DNA of 64,000 bases from an uncultured Rhodospirillales bacterium (GCA_963974935.1 CAXBEV010000008.1:21322-85321), one strand, 5' to 3'; shown: positions 6,844 to 17,022, counted from the first letter of the stretch. The notes: generated from the sequence alone by a model not told the origin. Program-made: numbers and translations.

Positions 6844-8301
6844 TTACCCGACCGCGGTGCCACCGACAGTAAGACCATCGATCCGCAGCGTCGGTTGGCC
6901 GACGCCAACCGGCACGCCTTGGCCGTTTTTGCCGCATGTGCCGATACCCGGATCAAGCTGCAAATCGTTGCCGATCATTGAGACTTTGGTTAGCACATCC
7001 GGCCCTGAGCCGATCAACGTCGCCCCTTTGACGGGCGTCGTCGCTTTGCCGTTTTCAATTTTATACGCTTCGGTGCAGGTGAACACGAACTTCCCGTTGG
7101 TGATATCGACCTGGCCGCCGCCGAACGACGTCGCGTACAGACCTTTGTCGACGGATGCGATGATCTCACCCGGGTCTTTGTCGCCTGCCAACATGTAAGT
7201 GTTGGTCATGCGCGGCATCGGCATGTGCGCATAGGATTGACGACGACCGTTACCGGTAGACTTTTCACCCATCAGGCGCGCGTTCATGCGGTCTTGCATA
7301 TAGCCGGTTAGTTTACCGTCTTCGATCAAGGTTGTGTATTCGCTTGGCGTGCCCTCGTCGTCAATGGTCAACGAGCCGCGTCGATCATCAAGGGTGCCGT
7401 CATCCACCACGGTCACACCGGGCGCGGCCACGGCCTCACCACGCAAACCTGCAAACGCAGATGTTTTCTTACGATTAAAATCACCTTCGAGACCATGACC
7501 AATGGCTTCGTGCAGCAAAATACCAGGCCAGCCAGGACCAAGAACGACGACCATTTCACCAGCAGGGGCGGGGTCGGCCTGAAGGTTGACGCGGGCTTGG
7601 CGCAACGCTTCGTCGACCGCAGGTTTCCAGGTTTCCGGCTGCAAATACGTTTCAAATGTAATGCGCCCGCCGATCCCGTGCGAGCCCATTTCCATCCGAC
7701 CGTCTTTTTCCAGAACGACTTGCACGTTCAAGCGCACCAAAGGTCGGATATCGGCCACCCGTTCACCCCCAGCGCGCACGATCTGCACCGCCTGCCAGGA
7801 CCCCAACACCGATGCGGTCACTTGCTTAACGTCAGAATCAAGGCTGCGTGCATAAGTATCCATTTCCGCCAGCAAACCGACTTTATCTTCGAACGGCACC
7901 AATGAGAGCGGATTGTGATCGCCGTAAAACGAGCGGTTGGTCGGCTTCAGCGGCACCGCTTCGGCCCCGCCATTGCCCCGAATCACGGCGCGTACGGTCT
8001 TTGATGCTCGGGCCAAGGCGTCTTCGGACATTTCGGACGCATGCGCATAGCCCGTGGCCTCGCCCGACACGGCGCGCAAACCAAAGCCCTGCGCGGTATC
8101 AAAGCTGGCACTTTTAACGCGGCCATCATCGAACATAATGCTTTCGGCTTGGCGGTATTCTAAGAACAACTCACCATCGTCGCTACCATGCAACGCTTCA
8201 TCAACCATCGACTGCGCTTTGTCGAGAGACAGTGCGGTATTGGTGAAAAATAGATCGTCGGTGGCAGCAAGATCGGTCATGGCGCGCCTGAGCCTTTGCA
8301 T
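6844..8301 (-). CDS. tldD: Metalloprotease TldD
   Basis: 485 aa. It carries the HEAIGHGLEGDFNRKKTSAF zinc-protease motif and TldD-like sequence throughout. An alternative start at 8280 (MTDLAAT) is possible. Confidence 0.9.
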   Translation of the reverse strand: MQRLRRAMTDLAATDDLFFTNTALSLDKAQSMVDEALHGSDDGELFLEYRQAESIMFDDGRVKSASFDTAQGFGLRAVSGEATGYAHASEMSEDALARASKTVRAVIRGNGGAEAVPLKPTNRSFYGDHNPLSLVPFEDKVGLLAEMDTYARSLDSDVKQVTASVLGSWQAVQIVRAGGERVADIRPLVRLNVQVVLEKDGRMEMGSHGIGGRITFETYLQPETWKPAVDEALRQARVNLQADPAPAGEMVVVLGPGWPGILLHEAIGHGLEGDFNRKKTSAFAGLRGEAVAAPGVTVVDDGTLDDRRGSLTIDDEGTPSEYTTLIEDGKLTGYMQDRMNARLMGEKSTGNGRRQSYAHMPMPRMTNTYMLAGDKDPGEIIASVDKGLYATSFGGGQVDITNGKFVFTCTEAYKIENGKATTPVKGATLIGSGPDVLTKVSMIGNDLQLDPGIGTCGKNGQGVPVGVGQPTLRIDGLTVGGTAVG

Positions 8302-8395
8302 AAAGTCGATAAAAACAATAATAAAACGTGTCTCATGCGTATATAGGTATGAGATGCGCCCGTGACGAGGTCATGACCAGGAGAAACCCGCGAAA

Positions 8396-9691
8396 ATGTC
8401 TTTCACCGAACATCCGCTCCGCGCCGTCTTAACCGCCGAGATGAATGCCCGCCCGCATGCCGAGGTGATGAGCCCGGCGCAAGTGTCGCACATCGCCGTC
8501 GTGACCGGTGAAGAAAACGCAGACGCGGACCGTGCGCATCTGGAAAAACTGTGTCAGGCGTTCAAGGTTTCGGCACCTTCGGAGTCGTCTTCTCAATTCG
8601 ACGCGGATTTCGGGCCGTTTCGCTTGAAATGGGAACGGCATACGGAATTTTCCGCCTATACCCTGATCAAAGAAGGTCCGTTCGAGCAGCCGTTTAAAAA
8701 TACACCGATCAACGAAGTGCCTTCAGACTGGCTCGATGACCTGCCAGGCCAAGTTTTGACCGCGCTGCATATTGCCATTGAATCCGATGACGCGCCGGCC
8801 CGGGAAGGTGTGGCGCTCAGCGGGTTGTTTGATAACAATTCGATCGTCGGCGGCGAGGTGGTGGACGAACGCGCCGTGATGTATTCGGATTTTCAAACCC
8901 ACAGTGATGGACACCTCAGGTTTTTGGTGCGCGACTGCAAACTGAGCAAAGGCTCGCTCGGGCGCTTGGTGAAGCGGATTTGCGAGATGGAAACCTATCG
9001 CATGATGGCAATGCTGGCGTTGCCGCCGGCCCGCAAGGCGCGTCCCGAGATTGCCAACCTTGAGCAGCAACTCAGCGACATTCTACAAACCCTCGCATTC
9101 AGCGACGGCACGGATGATGAACAGCAGCTTTTGCAGCAGCTGTCTCGGGTTGCTGCGGAAACCGAGCGGATATCCGCGTCGCTGAACTATCGGTTCAGCG
9201 CATCCCGAGCATATCAGGAGTTGGTCTATCAACGTGCCGAGGCATTGCGCCTATCGCGAATTTTAGGGATGCAGCCACTCACCGATTATATGATGACCCG
9301 GTTCGCACCAGCGATGGAAACCCGCGATAACTTGACGCTCCGAATCGAAACGTTGAGCCGCCGGGTCGCGCGGGCCAGCGATTTGCTGCGCACCCGCGTC
9401 GACGTCGCCTTGGAAGCACAAAACCGCGACTTGCTGGAATCCATGGACCGGCGCGCCAAATTGCAACTTCGCCTGCAACAAACCGTCGAAGGCCTCTCCG
9501 TCGTCGCCGTGAGCTATTACCTGCTTGGGCTGATCGCCTATATCGTTAAAGGTTTATCCGGCTTGGGTGTTACAAAGCTCGGCGCGGATGCGATCTTGAT
9601 GGCGATGTTATTGCCGGTGATTGCAGTGGTCTGGTGGGGCGTACGCAAGGCTAGAGAGTCGGTAATGAAGAAACCAACGCACGGCGACTAG
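8396..9691 (+). CDS. DUF3422-family membrane-anchored protein
   Basis: 431 aa, starting HPLRAVLTAEMNARPH, with a C-terminal pair of TM helices. AGGAGA lies upstream. The family name is from memory. Confidence 0.6.
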   Translation: MSFTEHPLRAVLTAEMNARPHAEVMSPAQVSHIAVVTGEENADADRAHLEKLCQAFKVSAPSESSSQFDADFGPFRLKWERHTEFSAYTLIKEGPFEQPFKNTPINEVPSDWLDDLPGQVLTALHIAIESDDAPAREGVALSGLFDNNSIVGGEVVDERAVMYSDFQTHSDGHLRFLVRDCKLSKGSLGRLVKRICEMETYRMMAMLALPPARKARPEIANLEQQLSDILQTLAFSDGTDDEQQLLQQLSRVAAETERISASLNYRFSASRAYQELVYQRAEALRLSRILGMQPLTDYMMTRFAPAMETRDNLTLRIETLSRRVARASDLLRTRVDVALEAQNRDLLESMDRRAKLQLRLQQTVEGLSVVAVSYYLLGLIAYIVKGLSGLGVTKLGADAILMAMLLPVIAVVWWGVRKARESVMKKPTHGD

Positions 9692-9751
9692 CCTTCATCG
9701 CTTATTCTGTTCCGTCTTGCCATCCTAATATTGGCCTCTTATAACGGCGTT

Positions 9752-9810
9752 ACTACGTGGTGATTTGTCCGACCGGATTGCGGCCACGTTAAATAAACCC
9801 GCTAAAAGGT
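9752..9810 (+). promoter_or_regulatory. SAM-II-type (alphaproteobacterial metA-motif) riboswitch aptamer upstream of metZ
   Basis: The sequence is CGTGG-TGATTTG-TCCGACCGGATTGCGG-CCACG-TTAAATAAACC-CGCTAAAAGG. The P1 stem is CGTGG/CCACG, and the loop GCGG can pair with the downstream CCGC to form a pseudoknot. A sister element lies upstream of metK. Confidence 0.7.
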
Positions 9811-9827
9811 CTCGGCTTGTCTGAGGA

Positions 9828-9854
9828 CCCTGGTGCGGATACCAGGGTTTTTTT
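9828..9854 (+). terminator. Intrinsic terminator between the SAM-II aptamer and the metZ RBS
   Basis: CCCTGGT-GCGGAT-ACCAGGG followed by T7. It ends 31 nt before the metZ ATG. Confidence 0.75.
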
Positions 9855-9885
9855 ATACGCCGGGCCCCGAGTTTAGGAGGCTCGA

Positions 9886-11091
9886 ATGACCAAAGAAACA
9901 TCCCCAGCATCGACCTGGCGAACAGCGACGCGCCTTGTACGCGGTGGCACACAACGCTCCAGCTTTGACGAGACGTCAGAAGCGATCTTTATGACGTCAG
10001 GCTACGTTTACCATAACGCGGAAGAGGCCGAGCAGGCCTTTAAAGGCGACAAGTCGCGTTACATTTATTCCCGCTACGCGAACCCAACACTTTCCATGTT
10101 CGAAGAGCGCTTGGCGCTTTTGGAAGGCAGCACGTATTGCATGGCAACCGCGAGCGGCATGTCGGCAGTATTCGCTGCCTTGGCGTCTCAGCTAAAAGCC
10201 GGTGACCGTGTCGTCGCCTCGCGTGCCTTGTTCGGATCGTGCCTATACATCATCGCCGATCAATTACCCAAATTTGGCATAAAGACAGAACTGGTGGACG
10301 GCACCGACTTGGCCGCATGGGAAGCGGCATTGTCGACACCGGCGAACGTCGTGTTCATGGAAACGCCGTCGAACCCGACCTTGGATGTGATCGATATCGC
10401 AAAGGTATCGGCGCTGGCCCACGCCGCTGGCGCAAAAGTGGTCGTCGACAACGTGTTCGCGACCCCGTGTCTGCAGCGTCCGCTCGAACTTGGTGCGGAC
10501 ATCGTAATCTATTCAGCAACGAAGCACATTGATGGGCAGGGCCGTTCCCTCGGCGGTGCGATTTTGACCAATGACCAAGCCTTCGTCGAAGACCACCTGA
10601 CACCGTGGATGCGTCATACCGGGCCGGCACTTTCCCCATTCAACGCATGGCTTTTGTTGAAGGGGCTGGAGACGCTATCGATTCGCGTCAAACAGCACTG
10701 CGAAAACGCCCTCAAGATTGCGACGTTTTTGGACTCTCACCCAAAGGTCGAGCGCACACTGTATCCGGGCTTAAAAAATCACCCGCAACATGAATTGGCG
10801 CTCAGCCAAATGAGCGGCGAAGGCTCGACGTTGGTTGCGTTCCAGGTCGCGGGCGAAAAAGCCGGCGCATTCGCGATGCTGAACGGCCTATCGTTGATCG
10901 ATATTTCCAATAACTTGGGCGACACGAAAAGCCTGATTACGCACCCGTCAACAACCACGCACCAACGTCTCAGCGACGAAGAACGCGCCGCACTTGGCAT
11001 CACCAACGGTATGGTCCGGTTGTCGGTCGGCCTAGAAGACGCGGATGATTTGATCGAAGACCTAGACCGTGCACTCGCCGGCATAAGCTGA
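9886..11091 (+). CDS. metZ: O-succinylhomoserine sulfhydrylase (Cys/Met-metabolism PLP enzyme)
   Basis: 401 aa with RLVRGGTQRSSFDETSEAIFMTSGYVY...YIYSRYANPT and the PLP-lysine motif SATKHIDGQG. AGGAGG lies 6 nt upstream. Confidence 0.85.
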   Translation: MTKETSPASTWRTATRLVRGGTQRSSFDETSEAIFMTSGYVYHNAEEAEQAFKGDKSRYIYSRYANPTLSMFEERLALLEGSTYCMATASGMSAVFAALASQLKAGDRVVASRALFGSCLYIIADQLPKFGIKTELVDGTDLAAWEAALSTPANVVFMETPSNPTLDVIDIAKVSALAHAAGAKVVVDNVFATPCLQRPLELGADIVIYSATKHIDGQGRSLGGAILTNDQAFVEDHLTPWMRHTGPALSPFNAWLLLKGLETLSIRVKQHCENALKIATFLDSHPKVERTLYPGLKNHPQHELALSQMSGEGSTLVAFQVAGEKAGAFAMLNGLSLIDISNNLGDTKSLITHPSTTTHQRLSDEERAALGITNGMVRLSVGLEDADDLIEDLDRALAGIS

Positions 11092-11093
11092 GT

Positions 11094-11906
11094 TTATGTG
11101 GCCCGGCGCGGCATATCTGCCAGACGCGTCGCGACCGGGCCCGCCCTTTTCGCACCCACCGCACGACCATCGATCTCGATCACTGGGCGCACACTGAGAC
11201 TGGACGTGAGAAAGATTTCTTCAGCCCGGTAGAGATCATCAACGCCAAGTGTGCGCTCAACAACCGCTTCCGGTACCATAATGCGGGCTCGTGTGATTCC
11301 CGGCAACGCGCCATCGCTAAGCGGGGGCGTGACGATCTCACCACCGATGACACAAAAAATATTCGCGCCCGTTGCCTCGGCAACGGCGTCGGATGTATTG
11401 AGCATCACCGCATCATCGCAGCCCGCGCTATCCGCTTCTTGGCGTGCCAAAATCGCGTCCAAGTAATTTGTATTTTTGATCTGGCTGAGCGGCGAACGTG
11501 CGTTGCGCCGCGTCGATTGAGCCACGATCACGCGGATAGGCTCAGCATTGCCGACCACGCCTACATACACAGCGACCATCAATGTTGGCGTGCTTTGTCG
11601 CGGGGGCAGGATGCCGCGCGGTCCGGGGCCACGCAGCAACGTCACGCGGGCCGACCCTTCGGCCACGCCTTGCGCCGCCGCAAGATCACAGATTGCGGCC
11701 TCTAGGTTTTCGAGGATGTCAGGTAACGGTATGCTGAGGATTTTCGCCCCATGCCGTAAACGGGCGAGGTGGCGTGCCCAACGCAACGGTGTGCCATCTA
11801 TGATCGGCAGCGTTTCAAAAATGCCGTCACCGAGTAAAACGCCTCGATCATCAGCGTCAAGCGCGCGTGCCGCATTAATAATCTTGCCGTTCAGCCAAAC
11901 TTTCAT
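11094..11906 (-). CDS. pabC: Aminodeoxychorismate lyase (class IV aminotransferase fold)
   Basis: 270 aa. The class IV fold pattern is present, and its ATG overlaps the pabB stop (ATGA). Confidence 0.7.
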   Translation of the reverse strand: MKVWLNGKIINAARALDADDRGVLLGDGIFETLPIIDGTPLRWARHLARLRHGAKILSIPLPDILENLEAAICDLAAAQGVAEGSARVTLLRGPGPRGILPPRQSTPTLMVAVYVGVVGNAEPIRVIVAQSTRRNARSPLSQIKNTNYLDAILARQEADSAGCDDAVMLNTSDAVAEATGANIFCVIGGEIVTPPLSDGALPGITRARIMVPEAVVERTLGVDDLYRAEEIFLTSSLSVRPVIEIDGRAVGAKRAGPVATRLADMPRRAT

Positions 11907-13282
11907 GACGTCTTTTGGTCCCGAGCATCACCGCTGAGACTTGCCAGCAACGGCTGCGCCTTGGTGCGCATTTCATCGTATTCTTCCGCCGGGTCACTGT
12001 CGGCAACAATGCCGCCGCCCGCGTGCGCCGATACCGTATCACCATCTACCACCAAAGATCGAATGACGATATTGGAATCCATGGTCCCATCCAGGCCCGC
12101 CCAAAACACACTGCCGCAGTACACACCACGCCGAGAGCGTTCAAGTTCATGGATGATTTCCATCGCACGAATTTTTGGTGCGCCGGTAATTGAGCCGCCG
12201 GGGAACGTGGCGCGAAACAAATCAATGGCATCGTAGCCTGGGCGCAAACGCCCATGCACCTGCGAGACCAAGTGATGTACCCGCGCAAAAGTTTCCAATT
12301 CATGTAACGAGTCGACACCGACGCTACCGATCAACGCGACCCGCGAGATATCGTTCCGCAACAAATCGACGATCATCAAATTTTCGGCACGGTCCTTAGC
12401 ACTTTCGGTGAGTTCGACCGCATAGGCCGCATCTTGTTCCGGCGTATCGGCACGCGGCCGTGTGCCTTTAATGGGGCGGGTCGTTATCCGACCGGACGGC
12501 TCCAATTTTAAAAACCGCTCGGGCGACGCGCTGACCAAGGTGGTCCCGACACCACAGCCCAGATACGCCGCAAACGGCGCCGGACTTGCCCACCGCAAAC
12601 GGCGATATATCGTGAACGCATCCACCCCCACCGGCAGCTTGGTCATGGCACGCGTGGTGATGTTGGCTTGGAAGATGTCACCCGCATAAATGTAATCGAC
12701 GGCGCGTTGCACGGCGGCCATATAAGCATCTCGATCCATTTCCCAAACCCAATCATCGGCTTGAAATGCCAACGGCGGGGCTAGGTTGGGGGCCGCTGCG
12801 ATGTGTGCAGCCATCAATTGGCGACGCTGCGGCGCCGAGGGACGCGCAGGGTCGATGTCACTTGAGATAATCCAAGCCCGGTGTTCGAAGGTGTCGAACG
12901 CCGCAATGGTGTCATACAAGCCGACACAAAGTGCCGGAAACGCTGGGCCCGGTTTTGCGGGCGGCAGACGCTCCAACACCCCCCCGAGTTCGTATCCTAG
13001 GACGCCGCAGAGACCGGTTTGAAACGGCGGCAGCACAGGATCGTGATCAAGGCGCACGCGCGACAACATATCTTTGAGGCGGCGAAACGGGTCCGTGTCC
13101 GAAATCCCGCCCGCCGGCACATTGATGGTTTCAATAGGGTCTGCGGCAATGAAAGCGTACCGACCGCGGCCACCGGCTTCATCGGCGCTGTCGAGAAACG
13201 CAGATACTGGATCGTCGGCGAATGGCGCGAACGCGGTCAGCGGGTCTTTATAAGGTATTTCCAGAGCGTCGGGCTTGACCAT
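11903..13282 (-). CDS. pabB: Aminodeoxychorismate synthase component I
   Basis: 459 aa with a chorismate-binding C-terminal domain carrying the FPGGSITGAPK signature. Confidence 0.85.
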   Translation of the reverse strand: MVKPDALEIPYKDPLTAFAPFADDPVSAFLDSADEAGGRGRYAFIAADPIETINVPAGGISDTDPFRRLKDMLSRVRLDHDPVLPPFQTGLCGVLGYELGGVLERLPPAKPGPAFPALCVGLYDTIAAFDTFEHRAWIISSDIDPARPSAPQRRQLMAAHIAAAPNLAPPLAFQADDWVWEMDRDAYMAAVQRAVDYIYAGDIFQANITTRAMTKLPVGVDAFTIYRRLRWASPAPFAAYLGCGVGTTLVSASPERFLKLEPSGRITTRPIKGTRPRADTPEQDAAYAVELTESAKDRAENLMIVDLLRNDISRVALIGSVGVDSLHELETFARVHHLVSQVHGRLRPGYDAIDLFRATFPGGSITGAPKIRAMEIIHELERSRRGVYCGSVFWAGLDGTMDSNIVIRSLVVDGDTVSAHAGGGIVADSDPAEEYDEMRTKAQPLLASLSGDARDQKTS

Positions 13283-13308
13283 GATCTGGCGGTCGCCGAT
13301 GCCGGACG

Positions 13309-14295
13309 TTAGAACGTGTCGCCGAGGACACGATCCGGCGGCGCATGACCGTCAACAAACGTCTTAATGTTGATCAACACTTTTTCGCCCATATCGATAC
13401 GACCTTCATGCGTCGCAGAGCCCATATGCGGCAGCAGCACGACGTTATCGAGCGCCAGCAATTTCGGGTTTACGGCAGGTTCATGTTCAAAGACGTCGAG
13501 GCCTGCACCTGCAATATCACCTGCCACCAACAAACGCGTAAGTGCATTTTCGTCGATGATCTCACCGCGCGCAGTGTTAATGATCACCGCGTTTTCCCGG
13601 AGCAGTTTCAACCGCCGCGCGGACAGAAGATGATAGGTTGCCGGCGTGTGCGGGCAATTCACGGAAATGAAGTCCATCCGCGCCAGCATTTGATCCAGGC
13701 TTTCCCAATAGGTCGCCTCTAGTTCGTTTTCGACCGCTTCGGGGACGCGGCGGCGGTTATGGTAATGGATCGAAAGACCGAATCCCTTTGCGCGCCGAGC
13801 AACGGCTTGGCCAATCCGGCCCATACCGATGATACCGAGGCGCTTGCCATAAATGCGATGCCCCAGCATCCACGTCGGCGACCAACCGTCCCAATCGCCG
13901 TTCCTGAGACCGCGTTCACCTTCGGTCAATCGGCGTGGCACCGCCAAAAGCAGTGCCATCGTCATGTCGGCGGTATCTTCGGTGAGAACATCCGGCGTGT
14001 TGGTCACGGTGATGCCGCGCTGGCGCGACGACGCGAGGTCGATATGGTCAACACCGGCGCCATAGTTGGCAATAAGCCGGAGGTTTTCACCGGCTTGCGC
14101 CAAAATTTTGCCGTCAATATGGTCGGTAACCGTAGGGACCAGGACGTCTGCAATCTTGACGGCATCGGCCAAAGCCGTGGCAGACATAGGTTTGTCGTCC
14201 AGATTGAGGCGGACGTCGAACAATTCCATCATCCGGGTTTCAATCGCATCGGGCAGTTTTCGGGTAACGACGACAATAGGCTTTTTACGCTGCAT
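13309..14295 (-). CDS. D-isomer-specific 2-hydroxyacid dehydrogenase (glyoxylate/hydroxypyruvate reductase type)
   Basis: 328 aa with the NAD motif GIIGMGRIGQAV and catalytic-region sequence typical of the family. Confidence 0.85.
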   Translation of the reverse strand: MQRKKPIVVVTRKLPDAIETRMMELFDVRLNLDDKPMSATALADAVKIADVLVPTVTDHIDGKILAQAGENLRLIANYGAGVDHIDLASSRQRGITVTNTPDVLTEDTADMTMALLLAVPRRLTEGERGLRNGDWDGWSPTWMLGHRIYGKRLGIIGMGRIGQAVARRAKGFGLSIHYHNRRRVPEAVENELEATYWESLDQMLARMDFISVNCPHTPATYHLLSARRLKLLRENAVIINTARGEIIDENALTRLLVAGDIAGAGLDVFEHEPAVNPKLLALDNVVLLPHMGSATHEGRIDMGEKVLINIKTFVDGHAPPDRVLGDTF

Positions 14296-14397
14296 TTCCG
14301 GGCCCTCCTGGACGCTTTGTTACGCGTGGCCATAGCAATCCGACGCGGTGTTGTCCAGCAACTTGACCAGACGCCCTGGGATAGCGATAAACACTCC

Positions 14398-14928
14398 ATG
14401 AAACATTGTTTCGCAATTATATTCTTGATCGTGCTGGTCGGGCTCACGCCTGGCGGCGTCTGGCCTTTAACAGGTACTCCGGCATGGGCGCAGGGGGCTA
14501 GCCAAGGCACCGGCCTACCGTTACCCCGCTATGTCAGTTTGCGGGCACCGGAGGCTAATATGCGCACCGGCCCTGGCGTGCAATATCCCGTTGAATGGAT
14601 TTTTCAGCGTGAAGGGCTGCCGGTCGAGATCATCAAGGAATATCGCACCTGGCGGCTTGTCCGCGACTGGCAAGGTACGCAGGGCTGGATGCACCAAAGC
14701 ATGCTGTCAGGAAAACGGACTTTCTTGACCACCGGCAAGACCCGCACCATGCGCGCCCGCGATGATGCCGGCAGTAAAGCGGTTGCCCTCATCGAAGAAA
14801 ATGCCGTTGGCGAACTGATGGCGTGTCCACGCGCCGCAGGATGGTGCCAAGTCCGCGTCCGAGGCGTTGAGGGCTGGTTGCGCCGGGTCGAATTCTGGGG
14901 CGTTTATCGCAACGAAGTTTTTGAATAG
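14398..14928 (+). CDS. Secreted SH3-like domain protein (DUF1058 type)
   Basis: The start is trimmed to the ATG at 14398 (MKHCFAIIFLIVLVGL...), which begins a signal peptide. The rest of the 389-aa ORF is antisense to the dehydrogenase gene. The sequence includes YVSLRAPEANMRTGPG...W..V....G..GW. Confidence 0.75.
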   Translation: MKHCFAIIFLIVLVGLTPGGVWPLTGTPAWAQGASQGTGLPLPRYVSLRAPEANMRTGPGVQYPVEWIFQREGLPVEIIKEYRTWRLVRDWQGTQGWMHQSMLSGKRTFLTTGKTRTMRARDDAGSKAVALIEENAVGELMACPRAAGWCQVRVRGVEGWLRRVEFWGVYRNEVFE

Positions 14929-14932
14929 TCAC

Positions 14933-14962
14933 AAAAAAGCCCCGGTTTTGCCGGAGCTTTTT
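14933..14962. terminator. Bidirectional intrinsic terminator between convergent genes
   Basis: A6-GCCCCGG-TTTTG-CCGGAGC-T5. The stem is 7 bp with one mismatch. Confidence 0.55.
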
Positions 14963-14983
14963 AATTGAGATTAAACGGCTGAC

Positions 14984-15574
14984 TTAGGCAAGATCAGCAG
15001 CGAGCGCAACACGTGTGGCTTCAGGCAAGATCGCCATATGACCGTATTTCGGGTGCGCGATACCGATCATCACCCGCTGGCCTTCGGTTTTAAACTTTGC
15101 CACCTGTTCATCGGTGAATGGGAAATGTATGAACTGCACCGACGATGCTTTGCCGTCCGCCGTGGTGCGGTCGACGTCTTCTTCGGGGACACCCTTAATA
15201 ACTTCGCCGTCGAATTCAATGGTGATGGTTTCTTCGACGCCGCCGAGACCAGCCAGGAACATGCTGCGGCGTCCTGCGTCTTCGATCTCAAACATCAGCG
15301 TCGACACCAACTCGCGCCCATTCGGGATCAGCGGGTTGTAAGCGCTAAGCTCATCAGCGATTTGCGCGTCACCGCCTTTTTCGATAAACAACATCTCGTG
15401 CACTTGATGCCACATGGTGTCGAAGTTTTCGAAATAGAACATCGCATCCGGACCGCATGCAATGCGGCGATCGCGTTTTTTCAAACTGATGGCGGCGCGC
15501 CGTTCTTTACGGTTCTTCGCGTACTCATCCATCGATATAATGTCATCACGCGTAATTTCTGTCTTGGCCATCAT
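14984..15574 (-). CDS. DUF3501 family protein
   Basis: The start is trimmed to the ATG at 15574 (MMAKTEITRDD), with AGGAGA 6 nt upstream. The gene is 196 aa. The family name is from memory, based on the conserved rubrerythrin/Fe-S/DUF3501 trio. Confidence 0.65.
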   Translation of the reverse strand: MMAKTEITRDDIISMDEYAKNRKERRAAISLKKRDRRIACGPDAMFYFENFDTMWHQVHEMLFIEKGGDAQIADELSAYNPLIPNGRELVSTLMFEIEDAGRRSMFLAGLGGVEETITIEFDGEVIKGVPEEDVDRTTADGKASSVQFIHFPFTDEQVAKFKTEGQRVMIGIAHPKYGHMAILPEATRVALAADLA

Positions 15575-15599
15575 GGCGTCTCCTGAAACTTGCATAGCG

Positions 15600-16931
15600 T
15601 TAAACACCGAAAGCGCGGGCGAAAAGTTCGACCGGGTGCTGCATGGTGTCGATGTTGTCGACGGGCTTGTCGAGTTTTTCGATGCCCTGCACGATGTGAT
15701 CACGCGCCAACGGGCATTCCGACAAAACGTATTTTGAGTTGGCGTCACCGGCCTTGCGGGCAACCGGCTTACCGACCTTAAGGGCGACCTCGAAGTTGTC
15801 CTTCATAATCCCCCAAGATCCACCGTGGCCCGAGCAACGTTCAATCACATTCAGATCAAGATCCGGGATCAAACGCAGCATTTCCGCCGCTTTCTGCCCC
15901 ATATTCTGGGCACGAGAGTGACAGGAAATGTGCACGGTCACGCCACCATCAAGGGCTTTGATGCCGTCCGCCAAACCTTCGTTCTTGGCGATGCCGACGA
16001 TGTATTCGGTGATATCCGACGTTGCTGTGCTGAGTTTTGTGACGTTTTCATCGTCGGTCACCAACAGCGGCCATTCAAATTTCAACATCAATGCGCAGGA
16101 TGGCACCAAGGCGATGACATCGTAGCCTTTTTCGATCCAGGGCATCAAATCGGCAGACGTCTGTTTGGCGCTTTCGGCAACCGCAGCAATATCGCCTTGC
16201 TCCAGTTGCGGCATACCACAGCAACGTGGATAAACGACTTCGGTCTCGACGCCGTTTTTCGCAAGAACAGCGCGGGCCGCATCACCGATGTGCGGATTGT
16301 TGTAGTTGGCAAAACACGTCGCATATAAAACCGCTTTGCGGCCATACGCCGGGGCGTCTTTGTTGACCACGGGCGCAGTGGTTTTATCCGCAAACGGCTG
16401 TGAGGAATATTCCGGCAGTTTGGCATCGCGATGGATATCCGCGACGCTTTCCATGATCGGACGCGTCACGTTGTTCCCGCATTTCCCAGCCCAGTTGACG
16501 AGGCCGGAAACTTTACTGGCAAGTTTGCCGTTGCGGTCCGTCTTGGTGAGTTGTTTAGCGGCGAACGGCACCTTGCCTTTTTTCTGCTCGACGGCGCGAT
16601 AGCGCAGCATCAAATGTGGAAAATCCAGATTAAATTCGTGTGGTGGCACGTAAGGACATTTCGTCATAAAGCACATATCGCAAAGCGTGCAGGCATCGAC
16701 GACCGGCTTGAAGTCCTTGCTGTCGACGGTATCCAGTTCACCGGATTCCGACTCGTCGATCAGGTCGAACAGTTTCGGAAAACTATCACACAAGTTAAAG
16801 CAGCGGCGGCAGCCATGGCAGATGTCAAAAACGCGGCGCAACTCGTCGTCGAGCTTCGCTTCATCGTAAAATTCCGGATCCTGCCATGGCACCGGGTGGC
16901 GCATGGGGGCCTCAAGACTGCCTTCACTCAT
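15600..16931 (-). CDS. (Fe-S)-binding oxidoreductase, HdrD/GlpC-like (2x[4Fe-4S] plus CCG domains)
   Basis: The start is trimmed to the ATG at 16931 (MSEGSLEAP), with AGGAGA upstream. The gene is 443 aa. It carries CHGCRRCFNLC and CTLCDMCFMTKCP ferredoxin-type motifs and a CCG motif (YPRCCGMP). Confidence 0.8.
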   Translation of the reverse strand: MSEGSLEAPMRHPVPWQDPEFYDEAKLDDELRRVFDICHGCRRCFNLCDSFPKLFDLIDESESGELDTVDSKDFKPVVDACTLCDMCFMTKCPYVPPHEFNLDFPHLMLRYRAVEQKKGKVPFAAKQLTKTDRNGKLASKVSGLVNWAGKCGNNVTRPIMESVADIHRDAKLPEYSSQPFADKTTAPVVNKDAPAYGRKAVLYATCFANYNNPHIGDAARAVLAKNGVETEVVYPRCCGMPQLEQGDIAAVAESAKQTSADLMPWIEKGYDVIALVPSCALMLKFEWPLLVTDDENVTKLSTATSDITEYIVGIAKNEGLADGIKALDGGVTVHISCHSRAQNMGQKAAEMLRLIPDLDLNVIERCSGHGGSWGIMKDNFEVALKVGKPVARKAGDANSKYVLSECPLARDHIVQGIEKLDKPVDNIDTMQHPVELFARAFGV

Positions 16932-17022
16932 CGGGTGTCTCCTGCAACGACGGGCTGAATTGTCTCTCGAATGGGAAGGGGGGCCAATGCCCCCCTTCAT
17001 AATCGCGTCACATAGACAGCGA

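Noticed and set aside
9725-9952. 75-aa minus-strand ORF across the metZ leader and start
   Set aside because: It overlaps the riboswitch, the terminator and the metZ 5' end on the opposite strand. It has no SD.
13759-14397. N-terminal 213 codons of the 389-aa plus-strand ORF
   Set aside because: This part is antisense to the 2-hydroxyacid dehydrogenase gene. The real gene starts at the ATG at 14398, where a signal peptide begins.
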